From Hamiltosporidium tvaerminnensis FI-OER-3-3 (Eukaryota; Fungi; Microsporidia), in assembly GCA_022605425.2 (NCBI GenBank), contig JAKIMF020000005.1, positions 868,001 to 932,000 of the forward strand: a stretch of 64,000 nt of DNA. Direction: 5' to 3'. The notes under the pieces are model-generated. The model saw only the letters and a program-made list of their open reading frames with translations. It ran no database searches and had not been told where the DNA came from. The position numbers and the translations under genes are program-made. This document shows, one piece after another, positions 21,212 through 34,400 of this stretch. How positions within the stretch are numbered: the first letter of the stretch is position 1; the number at the start of each line of letters is the position of its first letter.

Positions 21212-24200
21212 AGAAACGCCAACTTTTTAATATTCACAAATTGTTTTTCATTAATAAATTAAAGGAATGTTCGAATAACGATAATTTTTTACTTTAACGA
21301 ATTATATATATTTCCATTAATTTCTAGATGCTAGAAAGATTGAAAATTATAACGGTCTAATAGACTACATATTTAAATATCCAAATCTGTTAAAATACCA
21401 GATATAACATCAAAATTTAAATTTATAAAAATATATAAAATCACAGAATTAATGTATTCATGTTTAGAATATTAAAATGGCCGAAGATCTTAACCTTTTA
21501 ATCATTTGAATTATAAATTCAAAAAAAAGAATATATTTGCCAATCTTAGATAACATATAAATAAAAAAAATAATAAATATAGTTCCATATATTGCTGTAA
21601 AAAATAATGTATGTACACATTATAGAAAAAATTTCTTAACTAGCATCTCTTTGTTCAAATAAAAGATAGACGACGATGCGCGAAAATACTTTAAAGGATA
21701 TATAAAAAATTTTAAAAAAAAAAATTTATGAGATGAATAAAACAATATACTAGTGGCTTTATTTATTGAACATTAAATAAAATTTGAGATTTTTCTATAA
21801 TGTTAATATAATATATTTGCTAAGTTTTGAATCGTGAATATAACTATATAGAAAAGAAAAAGCAAAATATGCCTCTATATTTGCCAATAATAATTTACTC
21901 AAAAAAATAATGGTAGATTTAATAATTCAAATGTTTAAAATAGATAGACAAGCATCATTTATAAAATTCTAAAATTTTAATTTTTGGATCTCAAATCAGT
22001 ATCAAGCATAAATTTCTGTTTGGTAATGATTAAAAAATTTTTTGTTAACCATTGAAAAATTGGATTTTTAAGTTATCACTTAACGGATCTAATATTAAGA
22101 AAATTTAGAAAAACAAATATATTAAAATAAAAGAATGAATTGAGTGAAATTTTTGTATTATATAAAAATAATAGATTCTTGGCACTACAGAGTTACCAAA
22201 TTACATTAAAAAGAAAGATATACTAGAAATATAAAATTAATTCAATAGATTGAACAAAGACAATAAAAAATAAAGTAGATAATAAGCAAAAGTATTAACT
22301 TCTAATGATTGAAGTTTATGTTATAATGGTTCAAAAGTTCTATTTTTATGAAAAAAAATTAAATTTGAATATGAATTTTAAGTTAGCACAATTCTAAAAA
22401 TTATGAAAATATACAATAATTGGATGATTATACCCTTTTGGCAATAGTAAAAAACCTATTGGATTATCTTTAGAAAAATATAGCAAGCAGTCAACATGAT
22501 TTGTCACAAGGAATGCATATTTTTCTATAATATAATGGGGTTTAAATTGATTTTAGAACAATATATTTTTAATGTTATATTATATAATTTAAAAATCTTA
22601 AAAATCATTATATTTATATGAATTTTATGGTAATTAATGCCAAAATGATAAAATAATATTAACAGATATTAAAATTGTTTTTAAAATGATTAACATATAG
22701 TAATATGACTATAAATTAATCGAAAAATATTGTTTTAGTTCAATTAACGGAAAAATTCATAAATATAAACGAAATAAAAAAGACTTTACAACATATATAT
22801 TTATTAAATCGCGTCACAGTATATGAACAGCCACTGTTTTAATCATTTCACAACTGGTAGCAATTTTTTGCGTAAACCACAATCTTTTATTCCACTACAT
22901 TCGAATTTAAGTCATTGTGTGAATGTTTCTTAAAACAGAAAATTTTTCCAATCTAAATAGATGTTAACCCATATATAACCTCCTCTTTTTTTTTAACTTC
23001 GATGAGCTTAATTAATGTTAATTCTGCAATATTCTGCAAGATAAAATAATACACACAATTTTTAATCTATATCTTTAATTTTTATGTAATATTCATACTA
23101 AAACTTGAATAAAGTTAGTTAAATTACAAATTTTTACAAAAATATAAATCCACAGGCATAAGGAATATGAAATACAAGCTAAATAAACCGCAAATATATA
23201 CGAGCCAGAATTATATAAAATATTTCAATTCAAATATATTAGAAATAAACGTCTTTAACTATAGAATGAATGTTACTTTTCTTAAATTTACCATCAGCTG
23301 AAGTTTTTAAATAATAGGTTTTGGAAATCATAATGGAATCTTTTATTCCATAAAAAAAATATAGAAAACTGCAATATTTAATTATAAATGATTCGTAAAA
23401 TTTTGTTTTGTAATTTATATTGGTTTTCTATTCAACTTCCATTGAAGCTTACAATTAAATGACTATGATGTATAGAATGCTATCAAAAAAACGTACAGAG
23501 TATTGTAAGTACAATATAAAACCAAATTTCTTGTTTCGGTTTGAACAATAATAATTATAAACAATTTAAGAATAGGTTAGTTAATGTCTATTATATTATA
23601 TCCAAGCGAAAAAAATTTTGTTTCATCAAAATAATAAATACGGACACAATTTTTTCAGAATAAAATAAAGGTATAAAAAATTGAGAAACAATAAAGAATT
23701 AGAAGAACATTAACAATTTATCAAAATATTACATGGTCTAACGAAAAATTTCATTTCGTTAATCATAATAATTTTATACTTCAACTAGCAGTAAAGAAGT
23801 AAATCACTTACTGAAATTTTATAAATTAGAATCGAATTTTCTTCTTTATAAAGTAAGAATAAGATATATTTTCTGTTTAATTTAAAAAAGTTTTCGTGAT
23901 CTAAATTCACTTTGGAATGCCGTTTTTACCAATATTTAAAACACATTCCCAATCATAGCATAAATAAATTGTAACAGAAACCAATAAAGATGACTTATAT
24001 GTGCCTTGTATTAATCAGATATCAGATCGAAAAAGACGGATATTCCGAGATATTAAGAACAAAAAACAATTCAAAATATACAACTTTAAAATTAATAATT
24101 TTATAAACAAAAAAAAATATTTTAATATAAATGTCGTATATTAAGGCTATAAAGCCCTTAATAACTAAATATTGTACATTCATCATGGTGTAATTTATCT

Positions 24201-24923
24201 TATTCTAACGTATAAGTTTACATATATACCACAATTTTCAAGGTTTAAAGCCGTATTTCATGGTGAGAATATTCCTGTACCTTCTCAAATATATAAAAAA
24301 TGAACATTTTAATCGAAGTAAAACAACTGTCTAGCCTATGATTAAGCCATAAAACGGAACATTTTTACTTTAGCATAACGCATTCAAACTTTATTTATGT
24401 TACATTCTTTATATTCACTATATATTCGAAATTTTTTTATAAAATTAAAATATAAGAGTAATTATGGATGGTGTTATTTTATCTATAAATTACATAGATA
24501 TGATTACAATATATAAAAGCAAAATATCTTATAGAAATAAATAGTTTTGGTTGAAATCGAAGGGGCTGAATAGTCAGATAGAAAAATTCTTATAGATAAT
24601 AATCCTACTGTTTACTTATATACGAAATATACAATCGTGTATATATTATACTACATTTTAATAAAATATCCGAAAACTTTTTTAATTTTGTATATTTGGC
24701 AGTTGTTTATATAAAAGTTATTCGATCTTATTACAAAATCTTTCTAATAAAATTAATAATGTTGTGAGATTATAAAGTAATTTTTGGTTTTAAACATGTT
24801 AGTTTCTATGTGCATTTAAAAATAACAAGGCGACCGCGTTTCTTTATCTAGTACTAGTCATCGGAACGAGCAGATCTGATTTGTAAAAAAGGCTTTTAAC
24901 TAGATATATTCTCATGTGTGTTA
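21212..24923 (+). repeat. Left inner arm of nested inverted repeat, 3.7 kb, non-coding (partner 42333-46046)
   Basis: Near-perfect reverse complement; I saw only isolated substitutions and one homopolymer length difference. Sharp inner boundary at ...CTCATGTGTGTTA. No ORF of 60 aa or more. Confidence 0.95.
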
Positions 24924-26372
24924 GTTGCACAAGTAATTAAATCTAACATTGTTAAATTAAAAAAGAAGACGTGTGATATCTACTCTATTATGCTATTATC
25001 CCAAAATTTAATCCCTTCTAGTCCGATATAATTCTTTCATAAAACATGATTAAAATATTTAATTTATATTGAGAGCAGTCTTGCGTTTGTCCACCAATAT
25101 CATGTGTTATATCATATTTAAGCATTATAATTTATAATCTAACCAAAGGGCTTTATAATTTTCTTACATTACATGGATTTTTAGTTAATTTATTGCTTGG
25201 CTTTTCTTAAGTTCCAAAAAAGAAATATACTATTAATACGTTAAAGTAAAAAAGATTTTTTTGCTCCATTCATTTTTTTGGTCTTTTATGTGATATTTTA
25301 AGCGAGACCTATGATAGAATAATCATTTTGAAACAGCGGTCAAGAATATTCTTTAACTGAATGCTTGTTCTTAAATAGCCGCAAATATAAGTTTATAGTA
25401 AACGTGAGAATGGTGTAAAACGTATCATAAACGCCTTTTTATTGTATTATTTTTCTCTACATAAAGTTTTTCTGTATTACCAGAATTTTTTTGATTTTCA
25501 ACTTTAAAGAAATTCACATTATTTTAAAGATATATGATTCACTAAGATAATGTAGGTCAGCGTTATTAACTATTATCTCATGCATATAATATGTATATTA
25601 TTGAGATATAATATAAATCAATTCCATCGTTTTGTAATTTTAAAAATGAAACTCTCTTATATCCTTATGCAGAGTCAGAAAACCAAAAAGATTTTCTTTA
25701 AAAAATTTAGTTTTCTTTAGATATTTGTTAATCTTAAAACCAGTTTAAATAACCCAGATTATTTAAAAATTTATTTTTTTAATGGTGTATAAGAAAGATT
25801 TATATCTTACAGTCCTAAATAGTTTTTTATAATTTTGACTAGTTCTAATCTTTCGAAACGCAGTAATTGTTAAACCAGATTTGAAAAACATTTTTACGAC
25901 CAACATTTTTCTTTAAAGACTTTTTTACTACAAAAATATAATAGATTTTCATTTTAAATTCTTTATTTTATACAATCATCTTTAGGGTTATATATCTGTT
26001 AAATGTTTATTATATTTGTAAGTAATATATTTATTAGATGAAATATAAATACAAGAATAGAAAGAAAAACACCAAGCACTCAATAAAGTGAGCAAAAAAT
26101 GTACTAAAAAAATTAAGAAAAATTTTGATGGGTAATATAGATATGTAAACTTGCTTTTTTCTCGATATATTCTGTATTTAGATATAATAAACTAAATATA
26201 TTTTTAGTATAATAAGAACAAAAAAGAAAAATGCAAGTATACGATCAGAAGAAATAATAAAATAAGAAAATTTTAAAATTTTCTTTTGAAAATAAATCCG
26301 GGAGTAAAAATATATTTATAAATCGAGAAATAGAAACCAAATGTATGACGACTATTGTGTTGTAAGGCGCCC

Positions 26373-28252
26373 ATGGGCAAAAGAAAAATATCGGGAGCAG
26401 TTGAAAATCGCAAAAAATCAAGATGTGAGAATACGGGTGTGAAGAGTAGGAATTTCGACGACTTTGTTTCCAGCTCATCGAGGACTAGCCACCCTCGAGT
26501 TGTGAGCCCAATCGACTGTTTTTTTTCGGCATCTTCGAAACAGAAGGAGTGTGCGGCAGCCACGCACAAGGAGAGTAAAAAGTGTACAGATAATAGGGAT
26601 GTAAGGAGTTTTTTTGGGACAAGCATGCCAAAGCACACACGGGATGTGCCGCTGACCAGCCAGCGAAGTTTCCCGGAGGAGAAAGAGGCACAGACTTTGT
26701 CTGTTCTTCATGCATTGCTTCTAAGAAAATAACACTCCTTGAAAAAAGAGTGGAAAAATTAGAAGAAGAGGAAAAGAGATATAAAAAAACTCTTATGTTG
26801 GCAAAAACCAACTCGATTGCTTTAGAGGTACACTTTAAAGAAATTGAGAAGCTACGTAAAGTACCTAAAAGTTCGCGTAGGTGCCGTACTCACAAGTGCG
26901 TGATAACGGCAGTAGCACCTGTTTCCTCGGTTAGGCTAAAGGCAGGAGCCAGAGACCCTCAGGCTGATCCAGCAGTCAGTGAGTTAGTCTGCAACGCTGC
27001 AGAACTAACAGAGAAACCACTCGAGCAGAATTTGGTGGTAAATGAGGCGAAATCTCAGTCTTTCGGGCCAACTTTGTCCGCACGATATGCAATGGCTAAA
27101 GCTCGGTCTTTGGATAAACAGATAGTGTTACGGACTGACAGTTCTACTGATCTGACTGCAAATGCTGTTGACTCTCTTGCTGTTGGAGTCTGCCCAGCGG
27201 AAGTGCTGATCTGCATAGCAGCAGAATCTCAAAACTTACAAATCGAACGTGCAATGAATGTAAGTCATCAAGGGGCGAGGCTCGTTGAATGTGGTACGGG
27301 CAATACCACACTGCCTCCGATAGCAACTCCTCGTTCTATCGAAAAAAAGTTACCTGAAAAGACATCCGTAAGTGCTTCAGGAAAAGGTCTTAAGGATAAT
27401 AAAAAGGAATTATCCAAGAGCAAAGCAACTGGTAACCCAGCCAGTAAACCGAGAGCCGTCAAATTGCAGACTGCTAAAAAGCCTTCCTTCGATCGTACTA
27501 AGGCACCTTCGAAGCAGAGTAGAGGGAAACTTAACTTAAACAGAGCACAGTGTGAGGATGTTGTGCAAGGCAAATCACCATTTGTCTTGAATAATTTGTG
27601 CTTCTTTACTTAGTTAGAGTTAAAGTAAACAAACCCGCTTATTTAAGAGCAACTAGAGAACGGGGGCGTTAAATCTTACTACGTAAAGCACGTAGGCTTC
27701 ACTAAGGAAGGCCTGTTAGAGTTGCTTGTGAATGCTAACAGTGTGGATAAAGTTAAAGCCATTTTTACAGGCTTTAAAGATGTTAAGACGTTCAATAACT
27801 ATCTTAACAGAGGCAGTCTCGAAGAGATTGGAGAGCGGTTATCTGACCTTAAGCGCAGACTCTCATGGGTCGAGCGATTTAAAGATAACCCGCCGGTTAG
27901 GAGGTTCCTTAGCATTCTGAAGCATACTTCAGCTCAGAATGCCTCTCAAGAAGCCTCGAAAATCTTCTACGGACTAGAAGATATGGTACTTGAGGAGCCA
28001 AAGAGCTCCTCTAGCCTATAGTCAGGACTCTCAGAACTGTTGACACCTACCAACAGATAATGCTTGCATGGCAGGCCTCGCGGTATACTCTGTCTGGAGT
28101 GTCCCCATAGGCATCGTTGTGTTTTTGCTGAAACACTAGAGGCGAGAGGATACAAAGGTAAGCCTGTCGAGCGAGTTTTTCAGCAGATAGACGTAAGCAA
28201 TTTGATGGGACTGTTGAGAGGGAGTAATATCCGGGAACAGTGCAAGCTATAA
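26373..28252 (+). pseudogene. LINE ORF1 remnant (fragments 26373-26732, 26750-27613, 27722-28021, 28064-28252)
   Basis: Collinear same-strand fragments upstream of the APE domain, with a coiled-coil-like EKLEEEEKRYKK segment and basic low-complexity regions. Confidence 0.65.
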
Positions 28253-28299
28253 GTAGGAAACATCTTGGGTACTGCAAAACATCACTAGGAAAAAAGTCT

Positions 28300-31200
28300 A
28301 TCAGAATTTGCACGGAATCGTATAGTAATCTTAGATTACTTACGCTAAATGTAAATTTCTTTAGATCAAAACGAGAGGTAGTTCTAATGCTAACTGGTAA
28401 ACTCCACCCAGACATTCTGTGTCTTCAAATGACACTACGCTACATAGGGAGTGCTCGAAATGTTATGCCGGAATACAAGGTGATGTAAAGTTTTTTAACA
28501 AGGAGAAAAAAGATGAGTAGAGAACTGATTTCTGCTGTGCGTCGTAATTTAGATTTTACGCTATCTTCAGTTAAAGTACATCCTAACTTCTTGGCTGGTA
28601 TTGTTTGTGGCAAAAAAGCATCTTGTGGCTCGTTTAAATTGCTTGTTGTATGCGTGTACATTCCTCCAAAATGTTCCCTATACAGCAACAGAGCGGAAAC
28701 GCTCGAAGCTCTAGGATCTTTTCTTGTTAGCGAAAACAAGAAGAACGGTTTGGATGATATTCTAGTCATGAGCGATTGGAATATGACACCAGAAGAGGCT
28801 GCTAGGTTCCTGGCTGTCAACAACCTCTATTGCACAATAAATGGTTATTCGAAGCACCGCGAGCTACAAGTGCAGCAGCACACAGTGCGAATAGATGCAT
28901 TGACCACTGCCTGTTTCCGAAAAGAGAGTGGGTGGAGGTAGTTAAAGGGCACAGGAAATGGGATATATCGGATCACCTTCCTGTAACTATTGACGTTAGG
29001 GTAAACACGCTCACACGAGCTGTACGCAAGAAAAATATCATCTTTCGCAAAATAGCGGAGCGTTCACGTGCCGATTAGCTCGTAAGCGGTCCTGACCTGA
29101 AACAGTTGTTGTCCTAATATGAATCCCGGGATTTATGTGGACGAAACTGTTTAATGTGGTCTTGAGATACATTTTCAGATGGAAAATGTTTTTTTCTGCC
29201 TTGTAAGCTCAAAAAAACTATTCACGATATACAAAGAGTAGCTTTCGTATGAAATGCTCGAGCTTATCCGAATGCCTAAGCTGACCTCAAACGAAAGTGC
29301 GAGAAATGTAAGCGTCTACAAGCGGCAGTTGAGAATTGAGAAGGCACAAAAAGGTATTGCGGCGGCATCAACTGCTGCATGAGAGACGTGTAGCAGTGGA
29401 CCAGAAGGTCTGCTGGAATGCCCAAATGCTCGGCTGCCAATCGCACAGTTTTAGATGGAAAAAGCCAAATTGCTTCGGATGAGCTGACAGTGTTGCAGGT
29501 CTGGTACAACCACTTTCGTTCCCTAGAAACAATGAATGATGAGTTACAGAGCAAAGACACTCAAATGGAGTGTTTTATTGAGGATAACAACGCTCATTAT
29601 AATGATTTGATTGCTTGGCAAGAGGTTATTTCAGCGCTGCACGAGTCAGCAAACAACAAAGCATGTGGTTTAGATGAGGTACAGAGTAGAAGCGTACAAA
29701 GCTCTACTAATGGATACTCATGGCGTAAGTCTGATGGCACAGCACATTTTACATGTGCTAAATGAGGCCTGTACAAATAGAATACCTATCAGCTGGAGAG
29801 TGTCAATATAGTACAGGTACCGAAGAAAGGTGATTTACGAAAACCTGGAAACTACCGTGAAATATGTCTGATAAACACTCTTCTTAAACTGCTGTGTAAG
29901 GATGTGGAACGCCGAATGCGTTTGTATGCTGAGAATAATAACCTCTTGTGCCGGGAACAAGCTGGTTTTCGTACTCGAGAGGAATGTGTTGCCAAGGTGG
30001 CAACTCTTTTAGAAATTCAAAGGAGAAGATTTATTCGAGGTAGAGAGACTGTTTGCCTATTATTTGATTTCGAAAAGGCTTACGATAGAGTTCCTCATGA
30101 TCTACTCCTTTTGAGACTGAAAGAGCAAGGCTATTCCGGAAAACTTCTGAGATTCCTTAAAGATCTGTACACTGATATAAAAATAAGTGTCAAGGTGGGC
30201 GATAAAACAACAAGCCTATTCCTATACAGTATCGGTCTCCGCCAAGGCTGCCCGTTATCACCTCTGTTATTCGATCTTTATATCGATTACATCTTTAGAG
30301 TCTTAATGGTATAGCATGCAAAGGTCTTAACTATAAGTTTCAAGGTATATTGTTTGCCGATGACACTGTTCTGTTCGATGCGATGTGGCTGCCTTTAAAC
30401 TCAGTATAGATAAAGTGACGAGGTGGTGTAAGACGTGTGGAATGCGTGTGAATATAGATAAGCGTAGGTTGTTATTTTTACCATGTCTTAAAGGTAACGT
30501 AATGATAGGATAAAAAGCATTCCCAGTGGTCGAAACCTACAGATACCTAGGATTTATTTTAGACCGCACGTTTTCTCTGAAAGAAATGCTCAATGTGAGA
30601 AAAAAAGCTGTGTTTGCGGTCCGAAAAAATGCTATGCCATTCCTCTGCAGATCAGAAGTTCCGCTCTATTTTAAACTTCTGATCATAAAAGCATGCATTA
30701 TACCAATTGTAATGTATGGGAGCGAATTGTGGGGAATGAGCAAGGTCAGAATAGTATCTGTAGGTTGCGGCGTTACACGTTCTTTGGCAGCAGCTTTTGG
30801 ATGTCGAGAGAATTTTGCCCAGCTGGTAGCATTCAGAGAGTGTGACATCCAGCCTTTATATGAAAAGGCAGCTATGTCACGTGTAAGAGGCTTCTTGAAA
30901 TGGCAAGAAAGCAGAACGATCATCCGGGACTTGCTCAATAGTAAGTTTACAGCGAGGAAGAGAACGTGGGTTACTCAAACCCGAATCTGGATGAAAGCTT
31001 ATACTGGAAGTCCTTTATCGGGTTTGAGTAAAAAAAAGAATAGTCTCTTAATTAAAGAGGCTATTGTTAAAAGGCAAGACCGAGCCGATAAGTCAGTTAT
31101 AGGTGGCTTACGTAGGCTGTGGGGTCTTAATAGTGGGTATAAGTGGATCTACGCAGAGCTAAATAACAGGGTGTTAGCTAGCAGTATTAAAATGCTGTGT

Positions 31201-31400
31201 AGATTTAGAATAAGACTGGTTAAATTTAGTGCGCAACTGGCAGCTTAAGGAAGATTACCGAATAGGTATAGGGAACGCTCTCCATATTGCGAGGCTCCAG
31301 TTTCGGAAACTTTTAGCCACGTAGTGTTTGTGCTTAAGAGATAGAAAGTAGAACGATGTTTGTTGATACAGCTCAGGTTTCGAGAAAATTATTGCAACGT
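28300..31400 (+). pseudogene. LINE ORF2 remnant: AP endonuclease + reverse transcriptase
   Basis: Motifs spread over ORF-track fragments 28240-28488, 28513-28941, 28830-29078, 29418-29765, 29904-30314 and 30526-31248. Confidence 0.9.
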
Positions 31401-34400
31401 TTAAAATCTTCTGATCCTGTAAGGAATTTGGGATTAAAGGCGTTATGAGAGTCTTCGAAGGGGGTTTGTAAGCCGCCGCAGATATAAAAAACGCATTTTC
31501 ATTACTTGAAGATCTTTAATCGGTTAATATAGCAAATAGAAAATAAATATAAAATAGAAAGGCCAATATTTATTATTACAAAAAGAATGTTATTTGTTTT
31601 ATAAGTCATAATATCTTTCAATATCAATCAAATTTTCTACAATTTATAAAATATAGAAACAAATTTAAACAAAAGAAGAAGTTGCGAGAATTACATGAAG
31701 AAATTAATCGATGTTTAACGACAAAAAAAAGTATAAATTAAAAAAAATTACAAAACTTAACTAGCTATCACTTTTACATTATCTAGAAAAAAATTTTTTA
31801 TTCGAAATATTCTTAGCAAGAATGCAATCTCTTTAATCAGGACGTACTTCTAATTTAGTTTTCCATTTTAAAAATAAAGTTCTATAATTTTATGTTTTGC
31901 AAATTTTACAGGATGGTATGGAAAAAATAAAAAATCCGGGACTTTCTAAAACATTTTTCGATTGAAAAAATACTTGGTACTTATAGATCATACACAGATT
32001 TTTGTGTTTTGAAAGAATAACAGATTTTAAGCATTATAAAGCAGAATTGAACATCTTTTGTTTTTAAAATTGTATCAATGAATTTAAACAAAATATAGAA
32101 GCATACAAAGAATATGAATTATGAGTTAAGGAAAATAAGACGAATTGTGAAAGAAAAAAACAAGTGACTTAAACAGTACCTATAGAGGTTCGTTCCGAGG
32201 GTTTATCGACATCGTTAGGAATTAAAATACTTTGTCGAAGTCATTTATGGTTATTATCGAAGCTAATTTGAAAAAAAATTAATAGATCCACACATGAGCA
32301 GTAAAGTAATATTCCAATCAGAGAAACCTAACAAATTATTTGAGCAATACAACACAGTTAACACCGAATGAGTCGTTATACAGCAAGCTAAGTTTTCTGT
32401 GAGGAAGTAAATGTTTTTATTTCAAAACACCATTCATTTATACTGCTCCCTTTATTTTATATAATTACTAAAACTAAAATTTTAGCTTTAAAAACGTATG
32501 GACTCGGTTTAAAAAATTATAAACATTTATAATATAAAATAAAATCGAATAAATTTTTAGTTTCCGCGTATCTGTGCCTTTTAGTTGTATTTTTATAATA
32601 TTTCTGTTGTTTCAAAATAAATTGAACAACTGTTTTTTATGGTATTCTTGGATGACAGGATTTGCGAAAAGTTCCAGTAATAAACAAAAAATAAAATATC
32701 TTGGACTTAAAGTCATAAATTTCTATTGCATTACTTTTTTTTTGTTCCATTATGTATATCATCTTAAAATATTATAATGTAAAAATTTATATTGTAGAAT
32801 TTTATAACATCTTTACAATAACCAATTAGAATCATCTCTAAATAAACATGCAAAAGAACTGAAAAGCGCAATAGACAGAAAACACAATCGTTTGTATTAT
32901 ATAATTAACCAATTTTCTAGAAAAACCAGATGAAATAATGTTAAGGATGATTTTCATATTTCTATAAAAGTCATTATAATGATAATAGGAACAGACTATG
33001 AGAATTGCTACATTGCCACCATAAGGAAAATTGCTTTAATAAACAAAAAATAACGTGTAATGCACCCAGCGGCTGTAAAAGATTATGTAAATATATGGGG
33101 TAGGTGCGGAAATTTGCTCTTAAATAAATTTAAAATACCAATTTGCATCCTATACATTTTTCTTCTAATTATGAAAACGTTAGATTAAAGTGATTTTAAC
33201 TCTATTACTAGAACTCTACGAAATTCTTTTGACTGATCTTGTCACGATGAAACATATATTTAGTCGATTTTAATGCGTTGCATAACTTACTATGTTAATA
33301 GTAAAAAACATGCGAAAACGAACAGATTTAAATAAAGAGTATAAAAGAATAAGATAATCAAATTTACTTTTTTTTAGTTAACCATCTTATTTCTATAATT
33401 TCTTTATTTTTTCTTATTTTTTTTTACGTTAAGATTTTAATTTTATAATTTTTTTTGTTCGTTAACATCTTATTTCTATAATTTTTTTTACTTTTGATAT
33501 AAAATTTCTATACTTCGCTAATCCGTTACCAGCCAAATTTCCTAAAATACTCTTTACTGCCAAACAAACGCATGAATACATTCGTTTCAAATCAACCTCA
33601 TCTTAATTAGCACGCTGAAAATTTCTGCGTTTCTTTACTATCAGTTAATGGTAAAGCAAAATAAAGGAGACGGAATGACGGAGGAGTGCATTTTCAAATA
33701 CGACAGTAACTGACAAAATTGTATGCAAACATGTATTTTGTTCAAAAAAATAGACACTTTAAAATATGTTTAACAATTTTAGGATCTCTCTCAAAAACTT
33801 TCATGTGTAGTAAAAAGAAATTAACATTTTTGAAAGATGATCTATCACAACTGTGTTGTATCAGCTGTTGTCTGTCTTCTTGTTTAGATAAATATTATAG
33901 CATTACCTTTCGGGTAAACGACATGCGTTAATGAAAAGTTTCAACACAGCGAATATCTTTAATATACGAAACCATAAAACAATGGTTTAAGTATAATGTA
34001 AATCTATTAAGTTATAGAAAATTTTATTTTAGCAAAAAAAACCATTGTTAAAAGGTTCAGAATACTAACTTAAAAAGCTTGCAGAAAAATTTTCATGTCT
34101 AAATGTAAAATTCTGAATATGATTAACAGGTTATAAACGATCTCATCTTAAAAATTTCAACTTTTTTAAGTTTTAATATAACCAGGGCATTTATCTAAAC
34201 AACATACGTGCAATAAAATTTTTCAATTAATAATTACAAACGAACGATGTTTTAGAAAACAAGAAAAATATTATAAAAGCTAAGCGTTTTATTTTAATGT
34301 TCTTTCAAATAACTACTAAAAAGGCTTTATAAGGAAAAGCTAATATTTCGTACTAATTTCTGTGGATATTAAAATTATTTCAATATTAGTAAATTAATAG

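Larger units (their letters stand above)
26345..31480 (+). mobile_element. Nearly full-length but decayed LINE (ORF1 + APE endonuclease-RT-zinc-knuckle ORF2)
   Basis: APE motifs LLTLNVN, PDILCLQ, CVYIPP, MSDWN, IDHCL, SDHLPV. RT motifs NNKACGLD, VPKKGDL...NYR.I.L, EQAGFR, DFEKAYDRVPH, GLRQGCPLSPLLF, LFADD, YRYLG. C-terminal PYCEAPVSETFSH. Many stops and frameshifts. Much more GC-rich than its flanks. Ends approximate. Confidence 0.93.
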
